A stretch of DNA of 64,000 bases, from positions 18,407 to 82,406 of the forward strand of contig JADGBZ010000001.1 in assembly GCA_015231175.1 (NCBI GenBank), given 5' to 3'. A model generated the notes under the pieces. The model was not told the DNA's origin and made no database searches. It saw only the letters and a list, made by a program, of their open reading frames with translations. The position numbers and the translations under genes are program-made. Positions 19,067 to 27,055 of this stretch are shown one piece after another. This DNA is from Magnetococcales bacterium. Lineage in GTDB: Bacteria > Pseudomonadota > Magnetococcia > Magnetococcales > DC0425bin3. How positions within the stretch are numbered: position 1 is the stretch's first letter; the number at the start of each line of letters is the position of its first letter.

Positions 19067-19666
19067 CTACCGTTGGGGAATGTAGTAAACGTTGGGACGA
19101 GTCCCCAGATGGGCCAGGAGCGGCTTGGCCGTGCCATTGCGCACCAACTCCGTGGCCGGGTAGGCGGGACTATCCAGATCGCCCAGCATTCTCGCCTCGC
19201 CCGGGCAGGTTCGCACGCAAGCCGGCAATTCACCCACCTTGAGCCGGTGATGGCAGAAGGAACATTTGTCCATGCTGGGGGCCTTGCGTTTCAGTACGCC
19301 GTAATACTCCTTCCCGGTTTTGATATCCGCATGGGTAAAGGGGTAGCGGGCATTGTAAGGACAGGCCAGGGCACAGGCTTGACACCCCATGCACAAAGTC
19401 TCGTCCACCATCACCACCCCATCGGAGGTCCGATAGGTCGCTCCGGTCGGACAGACACTCATGCAGGGGGGATTGGTGCAGTGGTTACACAGGCGGGGGA
19501 TGAAATGCCGCCGGACCGTGGTGCCGGATCCACTCTCCCGGTCGTGGACGTAGGTCCGCCAATGATCGGACCAGACCGGTGTTTGATTTTCCAGCGAACA
19601 GGCAGCCATGCAGGCATTGCAGCCCACACAGGTGTTCATATCAATAACCATGACGTAACGGGTCAC
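19067..19666 (-). CDS. 4Fe-4S ferredoxin-type electron-transfer subunit (PsrB/DmsB-like)
   Basis: Four Cys clusters: CVGCNACMAAC, CNHCTNPPCMSVCP, CMGCQACALACP, CSFCHHRLKVGELPACVRTCP. Confidence 0.9.
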   Translation of the reverse strand: MTRYVMVIDMNTCVGCNACMAACSLENQTPVWSDHWRTYVHDRESGSGTTVRRHFIPRLCNHCTNPPCMSVCPTGATYRTSDGVVMVDETLCMGCQACALACPYNARYPFTHADIKTGKEYYGVLKRKAPSMDKCSFCHHRLKVGELPACVRTCPGEARMLGDLDSPAYPATELVRNGTAKPLLAHLGTRPNVYYIPQR

Positions 19667-19680
19667 GATGCCACTCCTTT

Positions 19681-22446
19681 TCAGATTTTTTCGATCCGCA
19701 CGGTAAATTCCTGAGAACGGAATCCCGCGACAACGGGCTCAACCATATAGGGGATCAGCTTGTTGGTGGCCGTGCCAATTCCCACACTCAGACGCAACGC
19801 CTTGTTCTCGACGCCGAACGACGAGTGCAGGAAAATGGAGTCCGGATGCAGTTGGTTGGTCACATAGGCTGTTCCCTCCGCCTGCTGGCCGGAGAGCTTG
19901 TTGGTCACCATGATGCGATCGCCGGAGACGATTTCCAAAGTCGCAGCCCGGTCAGGGTGGATCCAGATACCGGTGTAGATATCCTTCTTGAATCGGTTGA
20001 TGGCCGCCAGCACCGGGTTATTGCTGTTGGTGGAACCATAGGAGATGGTCGGGGTCTTGCCGTAGGTAAAATAGAATTCATCCTTTTCCAGGGGTTGATC
20101 CATGGTCTTGCCATCACGGCAGGTGGCGGGAATGGCGGCAGCCAGAACGTTGAAGGATGGACCTTTCCCCCCCATGCCATCGCGCAGCCACACGAAGAGG
20201 GAACCAAAAAACTCCAGACGTCCACTCGTGGTCGGCAGGGCCATTTGCCGGGGCATGGCATGGTGGGCCAAAATCTCTTCCGCCGGCATTTCAAGATGCA
20301 CGCCATGACGTTTGAGGCTTTCGCGCAACTCTTTGGGTGAGGTATGAATCCGGGCAGCGGTCATGTCGAAGGCAACGTCACGGCATGCCTTGGAGTAGGG
20401 ACTTTTCTCCCCTGCCGCAAGGTATCTTTCATACGCAGCCATGGTGGCCTTGCCCGGAATGCCGCTCAGGGCCTCCAACATCTTGACGAACGGCTCCGTG
20501 GTTCCTGATATGACCCGGCTGAGCCCCAACAGGATATCTGGAGTTTCCAGGGTGTCGTACAGGGGCTTGATCGCACCAAAACGGGTCGTCAGAGCCAGGT
20601 CATGATTGACCCCGTTGCCATAGATGGTCGGCTCGTCCCGTTCCAGGTAGGTCGGGTTGGGCAGAATGACATCGGCATAGGGAACGGTGTCCGACGGCAA
20701 CACATCCACAACCACAACCAGCTCCATGTTGGCATGGGTCAGGATGGTCTTCCATTGGGTATCCGGATAGTAATGCCGAACCGGATTGGCAGCGTTGATC
20801 ACGATGGCCCGTGTCAGGTAAGGCTGGCCATTGTAGACCAGTTTGCCGGTCACGGACTCCATCAAGCCTGTATCCGCCAGGGCCGGCACGGCGACCGCCT
20901 CGCGACCGGCTGCCCGTTCCTGCGCGGAAAAAGCGAAGGCCCAGGCCGGATGACCATGCGGGAAGGTCTTGGGGTTGGAGATGGCCTTGATCAACTCGCC
21001 CACGAAAGGAACGCCCGCCACGGAGGTCATGAGGGGACCGGGGGAACGCTTTTCCCGATTGGCTTCATGCCAATTGGCCACCTTGTGGTGGTACTCGCCG
21101 CTCATGATCCAGCCACCCTTGCGGTCGATTCCCCCCACCAGGGCCTGCAACATGGCCTGCACCCGCCGGAGCATGTTGATATTGGTATACCGGGCGCCAT
21201 GCCAACCCGGATCCACGATGGGCCGCCCAGCCGCAGCAAAGTCTCGGGCTGTCCTGAAGATGACCTGGGCGGGAACCCCTGTCGTTTTGGCTGCCCACAA
21301 AGGCGTATTGGCCGAGATTTCCGCAATCTGGGCCTGGAGGACGGTCATCACGGGGCGGCCTTCCAAAACCAGGCCATCCGGGGCATACAGGGCCGGGTAC
21401 ACTGGCCCTCCCTTGATATCCACCACGTTCTGGTGGCTGAAAGGGGGTATGGAAACCACCTCTCCGGTGCGTTCCTGGACAACCCGTGGGTTGCCATCTG
21501 CATCCGTGGCGATGGCCCAAGCGCCGTTTGCATCCCGCGCCAGAAGGAACGGCATGTTGGTGTGCTTCTTCAAAAACTCCCCATCATAGAGTTTCTCGGT
21601 CAGGACCACATGCATCATGGCCACCATGAAATCGAGATCCGTACCCGGACGGATCCGAATCCACTCGTCGGCCTTGGCGGCAGTTTCCGAGAGCCGGGTA
21701 TCCAGCGCCACAACCCGGGCGCCCTTTTTGCGCGCCTCGGCGAACCGCACCATGCGGGAGGTGGAGATGGCACCGATGGAAGCATTGTTGGCCACGAAGA
21801 GAATATAGTTTGCGTTGTCGTAGTCGGGAAGAACTTCATCGTGAATGTTGAAGTTGCCGGTCACCGAGTCGGTTCCGAGATGTCCCGAGGCCACGCAGTG
21901 CTGCATGGGCGAAGCGACAATGTTGGGCACCCCGTTGGACAAAGCGAAGGGGACGGCCCAATACATGTAGAAAACACACGAGGTCCAACCGCCTACCATG
22001 GTCCACTCCCAGGGCTGGATCTTCTTGGTCCTGGTCTTCTCCTCGATGTAGGCCCAAGCCTCTTCCCAGGTGACGGAGCGGAACTCCGCCTCCCCCCGCT
22101 TGCTCCCTTCCACCCGGATCATGGGCCCCTTGATGCGATCCACATCGTAGACTTGGCGCATGCCGGCTTGGCCCCGGGCACACATTTTTCCCCGGTTCAG
22201 GGTGGAGTGAGGGTTGCCATCCAGTTTGACGATGCGCTTGACCCCATTCTCCGTCTCGGTGGTCACCTGGACATTACACAGCGAGGAACAAAAATTGCAG
22301 ATGCTGTAGACCTGCTCCCTGGTGACATCGTCGCCGCGTGCGACCTCGCCACCAACAAGCTGCGGGGCCAACAGAGAGAGCCCCGCGACCCCTCCGCTGG
22401 ATTGAAGAAATCTACGTCTGGTCAACCTTGGGAATCGCCAGGACAT
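19681..22446 (-). CDS. Tat-exported molybdopterin (bis-MGD) oxidoreductase catalytic subunit, Psr/Phs/Arr-like; substrate unknown
   Basis: Twin-arginine leader MSWRFPRLTRRRFLQSSGGVAGLSLLAP, an N-terminal FeS motif CNFCSSLCNV...MCARG, and about 920 aa. Start trimmed to ATG 22446, which follows GGAGAGGAG. Confidence 0.9.
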   Translation of the reverse strand: MSWRFPRLTRRRFLQSSGGVAGLSLLAPQLVGGEVARGDDVTREQVYSICNFCSSLCNVQVTTETENGVKRIVKLDGNPHSTLNRGKMCARGQAGMRQVYDVDRIKGPMIRVEGSKRGEAEFRSVTWEEAWAYIEEKTRTKKIQPWEWTMVGGWTSCVFYMYWAVPFALSNGVPNIVASPMQHCVASGHLGTDSVTGNFNIHDEVLPDYDNANYILFVANNASIGAISTSRMVRFAEARKKGARVVALDTRLSETAAKADEWIRIRPGTDLDFMVAMMHVVLTEKLYDGEFLKKHTNMPFLLARDANGAWAIATDADGNPRVVQERTGEVVSIPPFSHQNVVDIKGGPVYPALYAPDGLVLEGRPVMTVLQAQIAEISANTPLWAAKTTGVPAQVIFRTARDFAAAGRPIVDPGWHGARYTNINMLRRVQAMLQALVGGIDRKGGWIMSGEYHHKVANWHEANREKRSPGPLMTSVAGVPFVGELIKAISNPKTFPHGHPAWAFAFSAQERAAGREAVAVPALADTGLMESVTGKLVYNGQPYLTRAIVINAANPVRHYYPDTQWKTILTHANMELVVVVDVLPSDTVPYADVILPNPTYLERDEPTIYGNGVNHDLALTTRFGAIKPLYDTLETPDILLGLSRVISGTTEPFVKMLEALSGIPGKATMAAYERYLAAGEKSPYSKACRDVAFDMTAARIHTSPKELRESLKRHGVHLEMPAEEILAHHAMPRQMALPTTSGRLEFFGSLFVWLRDGMGGKGPSFNVLAAAIPATCRDGKTMDQPLEKDEFYFTYGKTPTISYGSTNSNNPVLAAINRFKKDIYTGIWIHPDRAATLEIVSGDRIMVTNKLSGQQAEGTAYVTNQLHPDSIFLHSSFGVENKALRLSVGIGTATNKLIPYMVEPVVAGFRSQEFTVRIEKI

Positions 22447-22550
22447 GTGTACTCCTCTCCGTTGCACAATAGGACGAACAGTAGCGCAAGCCCGCTCTCT
22501 GCATGATGAAAACCCCCCATCGCGGCGAGCCGGCCCCTCGTGTCATAAGG

Positions 22551-22565
22551 GCAACATTCGTGCCT
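22551..22565 (-). promoter_or_regulatory. Candidate sigma54 (-24/-12) promoter of the oxidoreductase operon
   Basis: The minus strand reads AGGCACGAATGTTGC, i.e. GG-N10-GC with GGCACG and TTGC, close to the consensus TGGCACG-N4-TTGC. It lies about 105 nt upstream of ATG 22446, and a sigma54 activator gene is divergent. Confidence 0.6.
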
Positions 22566-22676
22566 CTCTAGGGGAAATTTTGCCAAAAATTTACAACAGA
22601 TTGTAATTTTTCATGAAAAATTTTACATTCGTGCAGCGTTCCTGTTACATTTGCGGCCAACCGGGGTGAATTCCCT

Positions 22677-22719
22677 GCCATCCATGACAAACTTGACAAT
22701 TCGGTTTGTCATGGATGGC
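22677..22719. promoter_or_regulatory. Perfect 16-bp inverted repeat, candidate enhancer (UAS) or operator
   Basis: GCCATCCATGACAAAC - 11 nt - GTTTGTCATGGATGGC. It lies about 115-155 bp upstream of the putative -24 element, separated from it by an AT-rich tract (22575-22625). Confidence 0.5.
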
Positions 22720-22789
22720 AGAATATCTTCGACAATTTTGCCAACCCCATGGGTTTCGCACACATCCTCCGCCCGAAAGGTTCCACTGC

Positions 22790-24220
22790 ATGACGGTCTC
22801 CCTGGCGCACACCATTCCGACCATCGATGCTGCGGCATTTTTAAGCATTCATCCCGTGCCGACCATTCTGGTCGACCTGGAGTATCGTGTTCTGGCCTGC
22901 AACAAGCTTTACGAGGAGACTTATGGTCCCATCGTGGCTCTGGGGGAGGTGCGGTGCTATGAGATATCCCACGCCTATGCGCGCCCCTGCGATCAGGAGG
23001 GGGAGTCCTGTCCTCTGCATGCTTGTTTGGAGACTGGACTGAGTCAACGTCTGCTCCACGTGCATCAGACCTCCGAGGGGAAAGAGTATGTTGATGTGGA
23101 GATCCGACCCATTCATGACCAGGCAGGCCGAATCACCCATTATTTGGAGATTTTGACCCCGGTCCGCATCGCTTCTGCCGACCCGGCCCCCGTGGGGTTG
23201 GTCGGTTCCTCGCCAGCTTTTCAGCACATGCTGCGGATGATCCAGCGGGTTGCCAACAGCAAGGCTTCCGTCCTCTTGCTGGGCGAGTCGGGCACCGGCA
23301 AGGAGGTGGTTGCCCGGGCCATTCATCAGGCCAGTCCGCGGGCGAACATGCCTTTTGTCCCTGTTGAATGCTCCGGTTTGACCGAGAGTCTGTTCGAGAG
23401 TGAGCTGTTTGGATATGAGCGCGGCGCCTTTACCGGCGCTCACTTGCGGAAAACCGGCCTGGCTGAGGTTGCACACCAGGGGACGCTTTTTCTGGATGAG
23501 ATTGGCGACATCCCCCTCTCTCTGCAAGTCAAGTTGCTGCGTCTGTTGGAAACCAAGAGTTTTCGCCGGGTCGGTGGCGTCAACACCCACTATGCCAACT
23601 TTCGGTTGATCTGCGCGACCAACCGGGATCTCTCCGCCATGGTGGCGCGTGGCGAGTTTCGTCTGGATCTCTTCTACCGTATCGGGGTATTCCCCATCCA
23701 CATGCCCCCCCTGCGTGAACGCCGTGAAGACCTCCCCCTGCTCGTCCAATCGCTTCTGGACCGCATGGAGGGCGGCCAGATGATCCATTTGGCACCGGAG
23801 ACAATGGCCTGGCTCATGACCTATCCCTTTCCTGGCAACATACGGGAGTTGATGAACATCCTGGACCGGGCCATCCTGATGATGGACGGCAGCACCATGC
23901 TGCCCGAACATTTGCCACACCAGGCGCAAGGCATACCTACCCCTCCTCCCCTGCGCCATCCCGGTCCGCAAGCCGCTTTTGATCTCCTTTTTCCTCCCGG
24001 TCCGCATCTGCCCACGGAGGGTGCGCCAGTCACCTTTCACCTGCGAAAAGTCCTGCCTTTGGAACACATCGAAAGACTCTATCTGGACGAGGTATTGCGG
24101 CAATTCGGTGATGACAAGACGCAACTGGCCAAGGAGTTGGGTATCAGCCTGCGCACCCTGTATCGCAAGATTGAAATCATGGAGGGGGGGCCAAGCGACC
24201 CCGAGGATGGGAAAACTTGA
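22790..24220 (+). CDS. Sigma54-dependent Fis-family transcriptional activator with Cys-rich PAS sensor
   Basis: AAA+ core [23 protein letters not shown] loop (ERGAFTGA), and C-terminal HTH ([12 protein letters not shown]). The N-terminal PAS-like domain carries [25 protein letters not shown]. Start trimmed to ATG 22790, so that the inverted repeat is intergenic. Confidence 0.88.
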   Translation: MTVSLAHTIPTIDAAAFLSIHPVPTILVDLEYRVLACNKLYEETYGPIVALGEVRCYEISHAYARPCDQEGESCPLHACLETGLSQRLLHVHQTSEGKEYVDVEIRPIHDQAGRITHYLEILTPVRIASADPAPVGLVGSSPAFQHMLRMIQRVANSKASVLLLGESGTGKEVVARAIHQASPRANMPFVPVECSGLTESLFESELFGYERGAFTGAHLRKTGLAEVAHQGTLFLDEIGDIPLSLQVKLLRLLETKSFRRVGGVNTHYANFRLICATNRDLSAMVARGEFRLDLFYRIGVFPIHMPPLRERREDLPLLVQSLLDRMEGGQMIHLAPETMAWLMTYPFPGNIRELMNILDRAILMMDGSTMLPEHLPHQAQGIPTPPPLRHPGPQAAFDLLFPPGPHLPTEGAPVTFHLRKVLPLEHIERLYLDEVLRQFGDDKTQLAKELGISLRTLYRKIEIMEGGPSDPEDGKT

Positions 24221-24330
24221 GAAGGAGGTCACAATCCGCCCCTCCTCCATTGACGAAGTGTTTTTTTTCGGGGAATCTCCCCGGGTTGTGAATGGCCAAC
24301 CGACTTAAAGGCGCAGGTTTGGAGGTTACC

Positions 24331-25338
24331 ATGTTTTGTCCAAAATGCGGTTCGGAGTTGCCGGCGGCTGCCGCGTATTGTCCCCGATGCGGTGAACAAA
24401 GCGGGAATCCCTCTTCCCGGGAAAAACCACTTCCCGATACATTCATTCAACCCTCAACGACAGCAACCATCACCTACGCCGGTTTTTGGGTTCGATTGGC
24501 AGCCGTTTTTTACGATAGTCTGATATTGAACATACCCACCATGATCTTTGGCTTTATTTTTGGGCTAATTTACTACTCCAACAACCCCAACGCCGCAGCA
24601 AAAGAGAATGATTCTCTCTTCAACCTCATCGGTATTCTTGTGGCCTGGATTTACATGGCGCTCATGGAGAGTTCCTCGAAGCAGGCCACTCTGGGCAAAA
24701 TGCTGCTCAGGATCAAGGTGACCGATCTCTCCGGCAACCGTTTGTCGTTTGGCAGGGCTTCCGGGCGATACTTTGGCAAGACCATCTCGTTCATGATCCT
24801 GTGCATCGGCTTCCTCATGGCCGGGTTCACCAGTAAAAAACAGGCCCTGCACGACAAGATGGCAGGATGTCTGGTCATCAACAACCAGGAGACCAAGGGG
24901 CGCAAGGTCTGGATGATCATCGCTCTGGCCATCATGTTTTTGCTTCCCACGGGAATCATCTCCTCCCTGGTTCTGCCCTCTTACCTGAAACAGGCTGCAC
25001 ACGCCCAGGTATCCGAAGTGGTGTCGCTGCTCGAAAGTGGTGAAAAATCGTTGACGGAGTGGTATGCAACACACGGCTACTGGCCGGAACCAGGCAGGAA
25101 TGTTCCCCTTATCGGGCCGGGAAAGTACGTAGAGAGCGTTGACCTGAGCCAATCCGGTCCAGGCGCAACGACCCCCGCTTTGATCGTAACTGCCACGTTG
25201 GGATCCAGCACCGTCGCCAAGGAGATCGTGGGCAAGAGCGTGCAAATAGCCACCAACGATGGAGGGGCTACCTGGAGCTGTGGTGCCGGCCTCTTCGACG
25301 GCGTGGACAACAAGTATCTGCCAACAAAATGTCGTTGA
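24331..25338 (+). CDS. Zinc-ribbon / RDD-domain membrane protein fused to a type IVa pilin globular domain
   Basis: N-terminus MFCPKCGSELPAAAAYCPRCG (zinc ribbon). RDD-family core (FWVRLAAVFYDSLI...GKMLLRIKV...ALHDKMAGCLV). The C-terminus LPSYLKQAAHAQVSEVVSLLESGEKSLTEWYATHGYWPE...GKYVESV...VTATL...KEIVGKSV...ATWSCGAG...KYLPTKCR aligns by eye with Neisseria PilE ([39 protein letters not shown]...GKYV...VTAT...WFCG...KHLPSTCR). RBS GGAGG precedes ATG 24331. Confidence 0.8.
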   Translation: MFCPKCGSELPAAAAYCPRCGEQSGNPSSREKPLPDTFIQPSTTATITYAGFWVRLAAVFYDSLILNIPTMIFGFIFGLIYYSNNPNAAAKENDSLFNLIGILVAWIYMALMESSSKQATLGKMLLRIKVTDLSGNRLSFGRASGRYFGKTISFMILCIGFLMAGFTSKKQALHDKMAGCLVINNQETKGRKVWMIIALAIMFLLPTGIISSLVLPSYLKQAAHAQVSEVVSLLESGEKSLTEWYATHGYWPEPGRNVPLIGPGKYVESVDLSQSGPGATTPALIVTATLGSSTVAKEIVGKSVQIATNDGGATWSCGAGLFDGVDNKYLPTKCR

Positions 25339-26957
25339 AGAAACACTCCGAAGCTCTGCCTAATGCGATGATCCAACCCAGGTGGGTTGCGGTTCTTCTT
25401 TGGCTGGTTCTTTTTCTCTTTTCCTTCCACAACGAACGACTGGGCATTGATTTTGGTGAAAATTGGGACGAGTGGCAAACCTTGAAATCCGTTGATCGTG
25501 TTTTCAAGGACGGCATCGTTCTCCCGCACTGGTACCGGTACCCATCGGTATTGTTTGACATGTCCTTGTTGGCGGCCATCTCGGACACCCGAGCCATCAG
25601 GGACGCCATCCAGGGAATTCCTGCCACACCTGACGACCCGTTTGCCGCCATGGCCAGTGGCATGCGGAGATCCATTGCCGAAAAGTCCTATCTCCTCCGC
25701 GCCAGGTCATGGGTCTCTTTTCTGACATTGTTGACAAGTTTGTGGATTTTTTTATTCATCCTGAAGATGAGGAACTCTCCCCAGGAAGCGCTCCTGGGGA
25801 GTGCTCTGTTCCTGACCGCATGGGAAGTCAATTATCAGGCCCGCTGGCTGGCAACGGAGAACCTGACGACCCTCTTTTCCTTTATGACGCAATATCTTTT
25901 GCTGCTCTCCATTCGATCATCCAGGTTGGGCGGACCCCTGATTTTACTGTCCGCGCTATCGGCTGGCCTGGCCACGGGGAGTTACTACCCCTCCGGCATC
26001 TTTTTGCTGCTGGTTCTCCTGACGGCTGTAGGCCTGCACAGCTGGGGGAGCCAACCAGGAGGGCCTTTCGCTACACTGCGCACGATCGGCATGGCCTGTA
26101 TCGTTTTTTTCCTGACCTTCATTCTGACCACACCCGGGATGATCATTGAGCCGGCTCAATTCATTCGCGACGTTCTGTCTGAATCAATCTATTACCATGG
26201 AGGCCATGAGTTTTACCGGACAACACCAGGGTTGTATCATTTTTTTAAGATATTTCAGTATATATCTGTTGTGTCTTTTTCAAAATATACAATTATTTCT
26301 ATCATGCTCTCTATATTTTTCTGCGTTGGATTTTACAATTTTGTCGTGGATGAAAAAATATCGACTTCCATATGGTTTTTCCTCGCGCCTGTCTTTCATA
26401 TGATTTACCTGTCCCAGCAAGATGTCATGATTGTCCAACGTCATCTTGTTCTGTTTCCCTACTTGTGCGTCCTGACAGCGCGTGGTGCGGTGGTGACCGC
26501 TGCTGCCTTGCAACCTTTTCGGCGCCTCCGCCACATGGTGATCGGAGCCGTTATTTTATCCCTGTGTTTCAACATGGTTTGGCAGAACGACTCGGCTCGG
26601 GCCATAGCCGTCCGGAACGACGCGAACCAACCTCAGGAGGTGCGCACGTATATGGAGAAACATGGCAACAATAAATTTTTGTTGACCCCATCCGTCATCA
26701 AACTGCTGAACCTCTCAGCCGACTCTCTCCCCCCCCATGTGACTCAAGACGGCGGCAAGGCCGATCAGGTTCTTTTTCAATCGAAGGAGATTGAAAGCCT
26801 GGGCAGCAACTGGATTGCCCAGAAACCGGGCACCTACACAATCGTTTCGCCACAACTCTTCGAGGTCAACTGGGATTATTATCCTGGTTGGCGGGGCGAC
26901 AATCGTGTTATTGCGGTGGAGAGGCAGACAGCCCGGCACATTGGACTGATACCGTGA
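25329..26957 (+). CDS. Polytopic membrane protein, GT-C-fold (ArnT/PMT-like) glycosyltransferase candidate
   Basis: 542 aa with more than 10 predicted TM helices, an acidic D-E in the first extracytoplasmic loop (GENWDEWQTL), and a soluble C-terminal domain. It overlaps the pilin-fusion gene by 10 nt. The family call is by architecture only. Confidence 0.5.
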   Translation: MSLKKHSEALPNAMIQPRWVAVLLWLVLFLFSFHNERLGIDFGENWDEWQTLKSVDRVFKDGIVLPHWYRYPSVLFDMSLLAAISDTRAIRDAIQGIPATPDDPFAAMASGMRRSIAEKSYLLRARSWVSFLTLLTSLWIFLFILKMRNSPQEALLGSALFLTAWEVNYQARWLATENLTTLFSFMTQYLLLLSIRSSRLGGPLILLSALSAGLATGSYYPSGIFLLLVLLTAVGLHSWGSQPGGPFATLRTIGMACIVFFLTFILTTPGMIIEPAQFIRDVLSESIYYHGGHEFYRTTPGLYHFFKIFQYISVVSFSKYTIISIMLSIFFCVGFYNFVVDEKISTSIWFFLAPVFHMIYLSQQDVMIVQRHLVLFPYLCVLTARGAVVTAAALQPFRRLRHMVIGAVILSLCFNMVWQNDSARAIAVRNDANQPQEVRTYMEKHGNNKFLLTPSVIKLLNLSADSLPPHVTQDGGKADQVLFQSKEIESLGSNWIAQKPGTYTIVSPQLFEVNWDYYPGWRGDNRVIAVERQTARHIGLIP

Positions 26958-26991
26958 TTTAAACATGGCCATTCGGCGCCTTTCCGATGAA

Positions 26992-27033
26992 GCAACGATT
27001 CAACACCCTTTCGAGAAAAGCTTTGGCATGTGC
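26992..27033 (+). repeat. Solo left-end fragment of MITE family A
   Basis: GCAACGATTCAACACCCTTTCGAGAAAAGCTTTGGCATG resembles the left ~40 nt of full copies (GCAACCATTCAGCACCCTTTCAAGAAAAGC...). It lies 23 nt upstream of the ispH start. Confidence 0.55.
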
Positions 27034-27055
27034 GAACCATGCAAGGGAGAAGTGA

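Noticed and set aside
17825-22506. Long plus-strand ORFs 17825..19714 (629 aa) and 20602..22506 (634 aa)
   Set aside because: They lie antisense to the NrfD, FeS and molybdopterin subunit genes. They have low-complexity Gly/His/Pro/Arg composition and no recognisable domains, which is typical of shadow ORFs in GC-rich DNA.
24221-24330. Sigma54 promoter in front of the pilin-fusion gene, by analogy with PilR/RpoN-dependent pilA
   Set aside because: No GG-N10-GC element with TGGCAC/TTGC character is found in the 110-bp upstream region.
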